Assembly: GCA_041661645.1 (NCBI GenBank)
Contig: JBAZUA010000004.1
Span: 69,067 to 133,066, forward strand
Direction: 5' to 3'
Source of the DNA: Minisyncoccota bacterium
GTDB taxonomy: Bacteria > Patescibacteriota > Minisyncoccia > Phycocordibacterales > UBA6065
DNA length: 64,000 nucleotides
Shown: piece after piece, positions 28,401-37,000 of the stretch
Layout of the letters: every line of letters starts with the position of its first letter
How positions within the stretch are numbered: the first letter of the stretch is position 1
Position numbers and translations under genes: made by a program
The notes under the pieces: generated by a model
What the model was told of the DNA's origin: nothing
Database searches by the model: none
Seen by the model: the letters and a program-made list of their open reading frames with translations, nothing else

Positions 28401-29703
28401 CGGCTCTCGAAACAATGCAACGACCATCACGGGCACCGTCTCCTTCTCCGACTCCGCGTACAACGCCGGCACCATAAACGGCACCGCAGCCTTCGGCAAC
28501 AATCGGCCGTTCCGAATGGGCACCATAAACGGTACCTCGACCCTCATGGGAACGAATCAGACCATCACTGGCTCGAATTCTGTTACGATTTTGACCAAGC
28601 AGCTCGGTAGGGACACCCTCTATCTCGGCGCGGGCGCGACCCTCGCTGTCGGTAGTGTCTTCATTGGGGGCGTTGATGGCAACAATCTCCTCACAATCCG
28701 ATCGAACACGCCGGGCAGCTATGCCTCGATCAACATATCTGGCGACACCTCAGGACTCAATTTCATCCGTCTCAAGGACATACACAATACGGGAACGACC
28801 ATAGACTTCAGGGGGAGGACGGTCTATGACGATGGGGGAAATACGGGCTTCATTTTCAACCCAAGCTCACAGCCGGGCCAGCACACCTTCGTGCCCCCAT
28901 CGACGCATATCGTGACCCCGACCGAGAGGGCGGCCACGGCGGCACAGGCTGCCGCCATCGCACGTGCGACCGCCGCCGCCCTGGCAGCACTGCGTTCTAA
29001 CTCGGGCACCGTGAGTGCCGCGCTGCAGGAGTTCCGCCGTGCGACGGCGACGACGCTCCCGACACTTTCCCTGCCCACACTCGCCGTTGGCAGGCTCCCG
29101 ACCCTCGTCTCGCTCCCGACCTTCGGCGGCACGGGCGCCAAGTCATTCTCCTTTGCTGACTCGATAGCGAAATTCCTCTTCGCGCCTCTGCCCGATTCGA
29201 TACAGGCCTCCCTTGGCAGCGCCCCGCGCCTGAAGGCCTACTTTGACTCGATCGGCATCACCACCTCCCAGTCTCTCGTCAGGATATCGACGTCCCCAAT
29301 GACTGTTCCCGCGCTGGATGCGGCGGTGCCTGGCATATACTCGGTGTCAAAGGACGGGAAGGACGTGAGGACCCAGCTCTCCTCGGACGGCAAGGTCACG
29401 CTCCTTCAGTATGTCCAGGCAAAGCCGGGCGACAGGCTCCTAGTGTCCATCGTTCCGACGGACGATGCCAGGGTGACGGCGACCTTTGACGGGAAACCCC
29501 TCTCGTTTGGCGCCTCGAACTCGGCCTTCGTCATTGCCCCTAACAAGGCAGGATCCTATGTCCTGAAGTCATCGGCTTCGCCGATATCCCTCGTGGTGAG
29601 GGTTGTCCCTACGTCCAATGTGACGGTCGTTCCAACTAATGGCGGGGAGGTAAAGCCTAGTGGGTCACTCTGGCACAAGGTACTTAGCTTCTTCGGCTTC
29701 TGA
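19450..29703 (+). CDS. giant secreted surface protein (3417 aa) with beta-helix-like modules, four 7-bladed Asp-box/BNR beta-propellers and a conserved C-terminal domain
   Basis: GTG start, signal peptide FGFILVSGLFLSSHQVAFA. Four blocks of 7 repeats of about 40 aa containing S-x-D-S-G-x-T-W (20640-21440, 21980-22790, 23340-24170 degenerate, 24460-25260). Recurring CYYSYDNF...C modules. N-terminal SSCGxL..GTYTL...CF module present 4 times. C-terminus ...SLWHKVLSFFGF. Confidence 0.9.
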   Translation: MNSLAKTFRPIIFGFILVSGLFLSSHQVAFADVLFPGNISSCGELAVTGTYTLTSDVTASPGQACFTVSSNDVTLDGFGFTVFGGSAWAIDARAYDNDRVTLTNGANAYTNLIVNNIVLSGFTGGVNISGNTDTNGSGANAGYGGAGGDVAVFYSPSLGVTANGGNTSTYGYGGVGGNISFTDENLNISTSNISALGGTGTTGRNTDGGLTLSYTGTFAHSNVTLSTLSYLNENLTSFGTYVGGTYPIVPGTVSSCGTLAGSGTYTLAQDITNISGTCFTLNSNDVLINGAGYSIIAAPSNTSFAVRAGSFSGLTIASTTVTDFSNLVISSSTVTISGNNLDLSNQFIAAGSLTLSYTGSLTKTGATATAFSALTVNGTSYGAQAAGVLMDWVVREQSRGWRGITSSADGTRLVAGVYGGQIYTSADSGATWTARDSARNWYSVTSSADGTRLAAVVLSGQIYTSTDSGVTWAARDSVRNWYSVTSSADGTKLAAVVSGGQIYTSTNSGATWSARDSNRSWQSVASSADGTKLAATVNGGQIYTSTDSGVTWAARDSVRNWYSVTSSADGTKLAAVVYGGQIYTSTDSGVTWTARDSVRSWRSVASSADGTRLVAGVYGGQIYTSTDSGATWSARDSARNWYSVTSSADGTRLAAVVLSGQIYAHQDDPASFAVDILVPVSSSTVSTWSPIVSWGTATSCYYSYNNFTSTSTANCALNGSDISNPGYGDRTLYVKGIDANGTIIQKSSTYYLGLPITPIYPIAGTTATSSVFSVNWDPTNAGNITSCYYSYDDFISTSTANCASEGSDISVPVDGSATLYLKAVDSNGLIGNSNTSFIYPFYFARDSNRSWLSITSSSDGTRLAAVVTNGQIYTSTDSGSTWTARESNRNWRGITSSADGTKLAAFVQNGQIYTSTDSGVTWTARDSNRTWYGITSSADGTKLAAIVSGGGQIYTSTDSGVTWTARDSNRSWYSVTSSSDGTKLAAVVSGGQIYSSTDSGVTWTARDSNRSWFSITSSADGTKLAAVVYGGQIYTSTNSGVTWTARDSNRTWYDITSSADGTKLAVVVNSGQIYTSTDSGVTWTARDSSRNWLSITSSADGTKLASVVGGGQIYTHQDINPSLKVDLITPSSGATLSSWSPTVSWGTATSCYYSYDNFTSTSTANCALGGSDVSNPGLGSKTLSLRGIDLNGTIVQKDTTFSFGVPSATNPTDSAVLTLWNPSINWDPASLGNISSCYYSYDNFISTSTVDCLGTGSDIFSPTVDGTSTLSLKVSDSNGNIGTTSIAFSFLFSWTSHGPSADWNGLAASSDGMKLIAAPWGGNLQTSSDGGLTWVDRGNNNLWTQAASSADGTKLLVGAWTGRLQMSTTSGATWFLTGPSANFYSAVAASADGTVLATSIYNAGSRIYVSTDSGTNWVARGPVLATGWNDLTISSNGAKMAAVPQGSNQIYTSTDYGVTWTARDSNRSWSAIRSSADGVKLIAFAGSQIYVSSDSGITWTARGPSKTWSFVAISGDGSKLAATVNSNGQVWTSNDFGLTWTARESARAWKEVVFSNDGSRLAVAVSNAQIYTFNSNPSALSISRPVFGESVLYKNWSPLVNWSTSVSCYYSYNNFSSTSTASCLNVGSDILPPSSQGVQTLYVRGIDGSGVITTVNTTFDFDFILTARDSTRNWVSITSSSDGTKLAAVVNNGQIYTSTNSGVNWTARDSNRSWRSVTSSSDGTKLVAVVNSGQIYTSTNSGVNWTARNSNKNWWSVTSSSDGTKLAAVVNGGQIYTSTDSGVTWTARDSNRSWYSVTSSSDGTKLAAVVSGGQIYTSTNSGVNWTARDSNRTWNGITSSSDGTKLAAVVNGGQIYTSTNSGVNWTARDSNRTWYGITSSADGTKLAAVVNNSQIYTSTDSGVTWTARDSNKSWWSVVSSSDGAKLFGVVLNGQIYTSALLPTVTSPAAGATVNSWAPVVSWDRSSSCQYSYDNTNWTTASCTGTGSEIAVPSSIGSLVLYIQGTDFLGTVATSSSSFTYLPLLTSSVSGCGAIASSGTYTLSGDISGVTGTCFVVSANNVTINGAGHSITAAGGNTSYAISAGNSSNLVLQDISISGFGGGLVNSYSSVSYTGTDVTFSTTTASTLSVIYTGTLNAIETTVSNLLSFVINSVDLQSFVAGLFSWSQQSISSCGALSSSGVYTLTQDISNVSGTCFTIGARAVIIDGDGHTITGANGNTDFAFVATSTNANAYSNIAVKNLTLVGFSGGVDARGADGVTGDVSGKLGGNVSLYSVTFPTSTISVDASGGDGFYENNTTAEGGYAGDVKAVDSTLGAVIMNGGDTNGDLAIGSNNGAVGGGTPGSLSSINSTITLTTANYGGAYTPGCMDNSFTNYDSSATYDDGTCTNLTIGTEIGNPANSTISGPIAFWGFSNSGVIEGDAEYHGMDQFFGSYYGYDTLGNIGTTTGFANFVDDYNYGGGPNNYGYVGGGANFTYYTSNYGTIDGATIFQYGSNNGIINGSADFTQNGSYAGYNYGTVNGDATFFGSPNGFGTYNYGTVTGTTYYYYGCANPTAYNYESTALNDDGFSCQYVGSNLDNPSGNTVLGPIYFYGLSNFGTVTGDAFFYSGGANQPDGIVTGNADFTNGGSDQGFNYGTVQGDATFQHSPDDYYGYPSFNQGTVSGSTYYYYGCMDPNASNYNAGVLNDDATCLYFGSNADLPAGRTATGPITFTGGYSNYGTVNGDATFDVGSYNFGTTTGAATFNEFTSNAGVLSIDGSFTFNGTGIVGGTIYDVNAAPIVSFEFSNGSVNSYTVTGGSTFDDGTYNIGEVVGTATFAGSSYNEGTVTGDALLNDGSFNLGSVSGDAFFNTTYYASTTPSGGIFSLENAPWQGSIGGVVYGSDSNPITEYRFYGGNFNSSTILGNAVFNSSSYNSGIVTGNVLLNDTGYNVRTVNGDLTLNTTYYASTTPSNGLMVIADNTWQGSVGGTIYGSDNLPITNFSFIGSRNNATTITGTVSFSDSAYNAGTINGTAAFGNNRPFRMGTINGTSTLMGTNQTITGSNSVTILTKQLGRDTLYLGAGATLAVGSVFIGGVDGNNLLTIRSNTPGSYASINISGDTSGLNFIRLKDIHNTGTTIDFRGRTVYDDGGNTGFIFNPSSQPGQHTFVPPSTHIVTPTERAATAAQAAAIARATAAALAALRSNSGTVSAALQEFRRATATTLPTLSLPTLAVGRLPTLVSLPTFGGTGAKSFSFADSIAKFLFAPLPDSIQASLGSAPRLKAYFDSIGITTSQSLVRISTSPMTVPALDAAVPGIYSVSKDGKDVRTQLSSDGKVTLLQYVQAKPGDRLLVSIVPTDDARVTATFDGKPLSFGASNSAFVIAPNKAGSYVLKSSASPISLVVRVVPTSNVTVVPTNGGEVKPSGSLWHKVLSFFGF
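20640..21440 (+). repeat. tandem 120-bp coding repeats (first propeller), including perfectly identical copies >100 bp
   Basis: 20827-20936 equals 21067-21176; 20761-20830 approximately equals 21361-21430; 20641-20760 approximately equals 21241-21360. Confidence 0.85.
21980..22790 (+). repeat. tandem 120-bp coding repeats (second propeller)
   Basis: Seven W..ITSS(A/S)DGTKLAAVV..GQIY(T/S)STDSG(V/S)TWTARDSNR units. Confidence 0.85.
24460..25260 (+). repeat. tandem 120-bp coding repeats (fourth propeller)
   Basis: Seven units; tccacgaactccggcgtaaactggaccgcccgc recurs 4 times. Confidence 0.85.
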
Positions 29704-29715
29704 TAAACTATTCCC

Positions 29716-30108
29716 ATGAGAAGTCGATGCTTGAAATTAGGGCAGAGGTTGGGGCGTCGGGGCTTGATCGGAGTGGCCATCGGCGTGGCAATCCTCGGGG
29801 GAGCGGTCATGCTCTTCTGGGGCTCGAACAGGCCCAATTTCGCCAAAAGTTTCTCTGCCATAGGCACCGTGTCGAGCACTACCAGCGAGACCCTTTTTAT
29901 CGAGGGGGCCAAGAATTCGGACGGGTCCGAGAGCGCCACGTACGCCTTCTCCCTCTCATCAAAACCAAAAGTCGAGACTAACACGTACGCTTCGTCCACC
30001 TTGGCCCAGATTAGGCTTGGGGACCGTGTCATTGTCCAGGGGACGTCTCTGTCTGGCAAGGTTACCATCCTCAGGATAATCATATTCCCGTCGGTTGCCG
30101 ATAAGTAA
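29716..30108 (+). CDS. small membrane-anchored protein, paralog of the 30144 gene
   Basis: TM LIGVAIGVAILGGAVMLFW; shared motifs SFSAIGTVSS and LGDRVIVQGTS. Confidence 0.5.
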   Translation: MRSRCLKLGQRLGRRGLIGVAIGVAILGGAVMLFWGSNRPNFAKSFSAIGTVSSTTSETLFIEGAKNSDGSESATYAFSLSSKPKVETNTYASSTLAQIRLGDRVIVQGTSLSGKVTILRIIIFPSVADK

Positions 30109-30143
30109 TCCGTGCTATTATGTGTCGGTAGGCACAGCTAATC

Positions 30144-31031
30144 ATGACCAACAACTATCTCGATCTCAGCAACAAGCCAGCCCCGCGCATCATCGAGCGC
30201 GTGGTGTTTAAGAGGCGCTCATGGCATGTCGAGTTGGCCAAGGTCGCCCTCGGCATAGTGGTTGCCACTGGGGTGGTGTATGCCGTATCAAAGGCGGATG
30301 AAAACCTCTCCAGCAAGAGCTTCTCGGCGATCGGCGTCATTTCGAGCATGAGCGGCGAGAGTCTCTCCATTGAAAAGGCGAATGGGTCTGACGGCGGCAA
30401 GGGAATCTCTTATTCCTTCGCTACGGCATCCATATCAAAGCTCGAGACGAGCGACTATTCGCCTATCAACCTCTCTGACCTCAGGGTGGGGGACAGGGTC
30501 ATCGTGCAAGGCACGGATTCCCTGGGCGGTCTCACCGCCACCCGAATCATCTCCTTCTCGTCCCTGACGAGTTCCGCCGTCGTTCTCGACGTTGCCACAT
30601 CGACCGCAACGTTGGTAGCGACCTCAACAGCCTCATCAACCATTTCCGGGGGAATAAGCATCGAGGTTGCGACCTCTACCGTAATATCGACCGCGACGAC
30701 AACCGAGGACGTCATAATCGCCTCATCGACCGTCGCGATTGCCACATCTACCGCGACCTCCACGACGCCTTCCTCATCTGGTTCCGAGGTCATCGAAGTC
30801 ATAGATGTTGCCACATCATCAGCGAGCACCACTGATGCCGTTGCGACGGACGTATCGAGCACGACGGATTCCGTCATCTCGACATCGACGTCCCCATCAT
30901 CTGTGGCGGAACCAGAAAGTCAGCCGGCGAGCGATGTCATTGTTCCGGTCTTGACCGAACCTGTTCCTGATGTGATCCCGACTCCTGATTCATCATCGAC
31001 TTCCTCTGATCCTGCCGCAGCCACCGAATAG
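30144..31031 (+). CDS. membrane-anchored protein with long Ser/Thr/Ala-rich tail; paralog of the 29716 gene
   Basis: TM VALGIVVATGVVYAV; SFSAIGVISS...LRVGDRVIVQGTDS core. About 150 aa of low-complexity ATSTATLVATSTASS... Confidence 0.55.
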   Translation: MTNNYLDLSNKPAPRIIERVVFKRRSWHVELAKVALGIVVATGVVYAVSKADENLSSKSFSAIGVISSMSGESLSIEKANGSDGGKGISYSFATASISKLETSDYSPINLSDLRVGDRVIVQGTDSLGGLTATRIISFSSLTSSAVVLDVATSTATLVATSTASSTISGGISIEVATSTVISTATTTEDVIIASSTVAIATSTATSTTPSSSGSEVIEVIDVATSSASTTDAVATDVSSTTDSVISTSTSPSSVAEPESQPASDVIVPVLTEPVPDVIPTPDSSSTSSDPAAATE

Positions 31032-31066
31032 TTTGTCTTTTTCAGTGCTGGCCATGTTAAACTGAT

Positions 31067-34000
31067 GTGGTGAAATCGCCTGTGAAAACCTTTTGCCATA
31101 TCTCTATCTGGTCACTCCTGACCATTGGTTTCTTCCTAGGCTCGCATTCCATCGCTTCTGCCGCCGTTCTTCTCCCTGGCACCATAGATACCTGTGGAGA
31201 GCTTGCCGCTTCAGGGACATACACCTTGGGCTCGAGTTTTGCGGCGAGCACGACTCTCGATGCGAACGGCACCTGTTTTGTGGTTGACGCATATCAGATC
31301 GGCGGGGGTACGGTGACCATCGATGGAAATGGCCATACCATCGATGGTGAGATGATTGGAAGCGGGCTTGGGGTTGATGCTCGCGCATACAATATCGCAG
31401 GAGACACTACGAGCGGTCTCGTCAACGGAGGGTCTCCGTCCCTTACGGCTCTCGTCATTCAAAATATCACTTTTACTGGATTTAACGATGGAGTGAATGC
31501 GAGTGGAAATGCTGACGGGGGCACTTGTAGCGTGCCCGGTGGAAATGGCGGGAATATAACCATCTCAAACGCCACGACAACCATCATAACCTCTAACGGA
31601 GGAGATGAGACAAGTTCCTGTAATCCTGTTGGTTTCGGCGGTGCGATCACGATAATATCTTCAAACACAAGCGGTTTACAATCCATATCTGGTGTCGGTG
31701 GCGGTTCTGGTGTAGGTGGGGCCATATCTATTAGCGCAAGTTCAACGGTGACGGGTTCGGTATCATCTAATAGCGGCGGTTATTCCCAGTCTGGTTCAGC
31801 GGGAGATATTAGCGGCGGACCTATTTCTATTACTACCGGCTCTGTCGTGATAGGTAATGTGTCATCAAGCGCCCTTGGGTCCGATGGTGACGGAGGGCCT
31901 ATTTCCATTACCACGGGATCCATGGTGACGGGCGACATATCGGCCGACGGTTCACAAGGCAACTCCGGTGAGGCTGGTCAAATCGATATAACCGATTCTT
32001 CCGTGAGTGGATCTCTGACGTCTAATGGCGGCTCAGGAGCAGTTTGTTATTCTGGTGGAACGATAAACATTACGGATTCTTCGCTTGTTGGGGGTATCAC
32101 ATCTAATGGCGGTGGTTCTGGCGGAGGTGGCTGCTCGGGTGGATCGATTACTATTTCAAACTCACCAATCACGGGAGGTGTAAGTGTTGGTGGAGGAGGT
32201 GGTGCTTCTGGCACTACAGGAGGCCCCGGAGGGAACATTTCAATCTCCGGGACAAACTTGGATCTTTCTGGAGAGACAATCAGCGCTCCTGGAGGGGTGA
32301 TTAATGATGGAGGGACAACTGGGGCAGACGGCACCCTGACCCTCACGTATACTGGTTCTCTGGTCACGACGGGCGTGACACTGTCGGCATTTTCCGCCTT
32401 TACCATAAACGCCCCATCCTCGGTTACCTATGGCCCGGTAGTGTTTGCGGGCGGGGAATTTCCACTTCTTCCGGGAGGAACGGCGGCATCGGCGGCACAG
32501 TGCAGCTCTCTTCTATTTGCTGGTACATATTACGTCCAGAGCTTCACCGGGGATTGTCTGATATCTGTTAGCGGAATAACCCTAGACGGGTCGGGAACAG
32601 AGACGATCACGGGAAATGTGACTGGAGCCAACGGTGCTGATCAGGTCGTTGATGGTAATAACAATGAGGTTAGCGCAAATACCCCAGGCGTCGGCGTGAG
32701 CGTTTCCAATCTTACGGTCACTGGTTCGGTGGCTGGTGGCAATGGTGGTAATGCGGTGTATGGGGCAAGCGCCTCCCCTGGTGGTTTGGTCAGTGTCGTC
32801 AATTCGACCGTTGGCACCGTAACATCTGGAAACGGCGGAGGCAGCGGTACCTATTATGGAGGACATGCCGGCAGTGTCACCGTCACGGGTTCTGTGACGG
32901 GAGCTGTTACGTCAGGCTCTGGCGGTTATGGAAACGATCAAATATCCTTCGAGGGAAGTGCGGGCAACGGGGGTGGCATTACAATCACAACCTCAACCTC
33001 AACCTCTGTCTCGTCGGGTGCGGGAGGTTATTCGACAGGGGCGTCCTGTGGTTTGGGTGGAAGTATCGCTGTCCAAGGGGGTACCAGTATTACAGGGGGC
33101 GTGACTTCTGGAGACGGTGGATCGAATAGCTTCGGTGGATCGCCCGGATGTTCAAACGGCGCCATCTCAATCACCTCTAATTCAAGGATCGGTGGTGCCG
33201 TGACGGCCAGCAATGGCTCCAGCGGTTTTGGTGGCGATATTTCCGTCACGGCAAGCTCCACCGTTGTGGGTACGATAACTTCAAATGGTAGCAATGATAA
33301 CGGTGCGTGTTATGCGCCCGGAGGTTACGGGGGAGCCGTCACGGTCTTGAATTCGGTGACAGCAGGCATCGTTTCTAATGGAGGAATCGAATCCAGCGGC
33401 TGTGGTTACTCCGGGCTCGGTGGAACTGTTTATATCCTAAATTCCCAGACGGGAACGGTCACATCAAACGGCGGAGCCGGGTTTTTCTCTGGTAATGGCG
33501 GATCTGTTTCCGTCACCAATTCCCAGACGGGAACGGTCACGTCAAATGGTGGTGATGGCATAGTAGAGGTGTCTGGCGATGGCGGTTCTGGCGGAACTGT
33601 CTCGATTGCCACAAACTCCACTGTCACGGGCGCTGTATCGGCTAATGGTGGTGAAGGTCTTTCTGGTCAAAGTAATGGTGGAACTGTCTCGATCACCGCG
33701 AACTCAATCGTGACTGGGGCCGTTTCGGCCAACGGGGCCTCTAGTTTTCTTGGTGGCAACAGTTATGACTCTGGCGGTTATGGTGGGCCGATTACCATAA
33801 CCAATTCACAGGCGGGAAGCGTGTCCTCCATGGGAGGACACGGTCTTGGCGTTGCGGGTGGTCGAGGCGGCACGATCACGATTTCAGTCACAAGCCTTGA
33901 TCTTTCGGATAGGACAATAAATGTGTCTGGTGGGACTGGCGACGCGGGTTTTGGCGCGAACGGCTCCTTTGTCATCAATTATCAATCTCTATCCACCAAT

Positions 34001-37000
34001 GTCTCGACCTTCCTATATGACATCGGCACATTAACTGTCAATGGAAGTGCGGTTTCCGATTCAAGCGCCACAACGTGTACAAACGAGGTAGTGGCGGGAG
34101 CAGGTTGTGCGTGGAACGGAGTCTTCGACCCAGTCATCTATTACTTCTTTGACGGTGTGACCGTGCTTCAACCTTCTGCCGCTTCCGACGGAGATTGGAA
34201 CAATCCAAATAATTGGTATACCACCGGAAGTTATCTGACTACAAGCGATGGGGCAGACCAGCCGGGTGTCATCCCTCAAGCGGTCAACAGTGTCATCATC
34301 AATAGCTCTGTCACGACAAACAGTGGCTCTTCCGCAGCGGTTTCAAGTGTCATTGTGAACGGCACCTCAACTATCAATATTCCTATTTCTACCTTGGGTG
34401 TTACGTTTAATAACGGAGGCAGTAATACGGGTACGATCGCTAACACTGGAGTCACGATTTTTAACGGCACAAGTACAAACAGTGGAATTACTATAAGCTC
34501 CGGTATGGTTACCTTCAATGCTTCGTCTTCAAACACTGGGACCATTTTCACTGACGCCACGACTACTTTTAATGGGGATGATGCTTCAAGTACGGGAAGT
34601 GTTTTTGATACAGGTATTTTCATAACCCAAAATGTGGGAAATAGAAGTTGGCGATCTATAGCCTCCACCCCATCTGGCGACGTGTACGCGGTTGTACCTG
34701 GTGGTTACATCTATAAGCAGACGGGCGGCACGGGGTCCTTCGTAAACGTCAGCAGTGCTTTGGGGACTAAAGGTTGGTCCTCCATCACATCCACCCCATC
34801 TGGCGACGTGTATGCGGTTACAAATGGCGGCGACATATATAAGCAGACGGGCGGCACGGGGAGCTTCACGGCGCAGGTCGCGGGAAACAGGGGTTGGTAT
34901 TCCATAACTTCCACCCCATCGGGCGACGTGTACGCGGTTGTGTATCCTGGCGGCGACATATATAAGCAGACGGGCGGCACGGGGAGTTTCGCGGCCCAGG
35001 GTGTGGGGAATAAATCCTGGTACTCTATAGCCTCCACCCCATCTGGCGACGTGTACGCGGTTGTAAATGGCGGCGACATATATAAGCAGACGGGCGGCAC
35101 GGGGTCCTTCGTAAACGTCAGCAGTGCTTTGGGGACTAAAGGTTGGTTCTCCATAACGTCTACTCCCTCGGGCGACGTGTACGCGGTTGTAAATGGCGGC
35201 GACATCTACAGGCAGATCGGGGGCACAGGCAGCTTTGTGGCCCGAGGTGCGGGAAATAAAGATTGGGGCGCTATAACCTCCACACCTTCAGGCAACGTGT
35301 ATGTGGTTATATATGCTGGTGGCGACATATACAAATCAATTCCAGACGGCACATCAACACCAATCACCCGCATCTTCTCCTCCGCCGTCGCCACCGTCCG
35401 AGATTTCACCACTGAAGCCGGTCACAACAACTGGATTGTTGTCGCCCAGGGTGTCGTCGTCGATCTCACGAATGCCGTATACAACGTCGCGACAAACATA
35501 TTCAAGGCATTTGCCGGAGGTTGGTTCATCCCTAATCCAACAATAAATGGGGGAGCGCATGTGGTTCCATTGATCTCTGTCTCTACCTCAACCCTCGCAT
35601 ATACCGGTGCCTCGGATACAAAGACAATCAAATGGAAGCCGGTCATTGACTGGGATACTGCCACCACCTGTCTTTATTCATATGATGATTTTGTCACGAC
35701 AAGTGTTGTAACGTGTTCTGCTTCAGATACAACCCTCCCTCGACCAACCGCAGGACCACACACCCTCTCGCTTCGAGGTACTGACGCGAACGGTGGCATG
35801 GCCGAGGCAAGTCTCACTTATTATTACGACAACACCTCGCCCCTCGGCATCGACTCGTCCGACGCGACCCTTCCTCTAGACGAGGTGACTCGCCCATACT
35901 ATTACCTCTCCTCGGACATCTCTTTCCCATTGACCTTCGCCGTGTCCGCCGAGCTTCGCGGATCTGCCGCAACAACCGTAATATCGACTACGGGCGGATA
36001 TACCACAAGTGGGGCAATTGATGCACAGGGTTACAATCTTGTCTTAAGAAATATTACTGTTGGAGGTGCTATCACATCGAATGGCTTCTCATCTGGAGCG
36101 TCAGGAGGATCCATCTCTATATATAACGCAAATACGGCGTCTATCACGGCAAACGGTGCTGCGGGCACAAACGGTGGGGCGGGAGGAGTCGTAACTATCG
36201 CCACATCTACCACCGCGGCCGTCACCGCCAACGGTGCGAACGGCACCACGAACGGTGGCGCGGGAGGAAGCGTGACGATCACCAATTCCATCGGCAATCC
36301 GCTGACTTCGACAGTCACCGCGAGCGGCGGCAGTTCGTCCTCCTGTGGCGACGGGGGAGACTCGGGTGATATCGTCCTGACGAATTCGTCATACGGCACG
36401 CTCACGAGCGATGCTGGGAGCGCGGCCACCTCTGGTTGCCCGGGCCAATCGCATTCGAGCGGCACGCAGCATCACGCCCCCACGGTGACGGGAGTCCATT
36501 CGTCTCAGGTCGTTTCGTCGAATTCGTCGCCCGTCGTTCGTTCGAGCACTGGTACCGTAAATGCCGCCGTGCAGGAGTTCCGTCGCGCAACGGCGACGAC
36601 GCTCCCAACCCTGTCCCTCCCCACGCTCGTCGTCGGAAGGCTCCCGACACTCACCTCGCTCCCAACCTTTGGCGGCACGGGCATCAGGTCGTTCTCCTTC
36701 GCCGGCCCGATAGCGAAGTTCCTCTTCGAGCCTTTGCCTGAGGGGCTTCGCTCTACCCTTGCGACGTCTCCGGTCCTCGCCGCGTACGTCTCGTCCAAGG
36801 GCATCGCTGGCGCACAGTCTCTCTCGAGACTGGTCGTGACCCCGATTGCCATCACCGATCCGGCGCCCATTGGTCTCTATTCCGTGTCGCGCGGTGGTAG
36901 GACTCTCTCGACATCCCTGTCATCTGATGGGCTGACCCTCTTCCAGCTTGTCCATGTTTCGCCGGGAGCGGAGCTCTCTGTCTCGAGGGAGGGCTCATCG

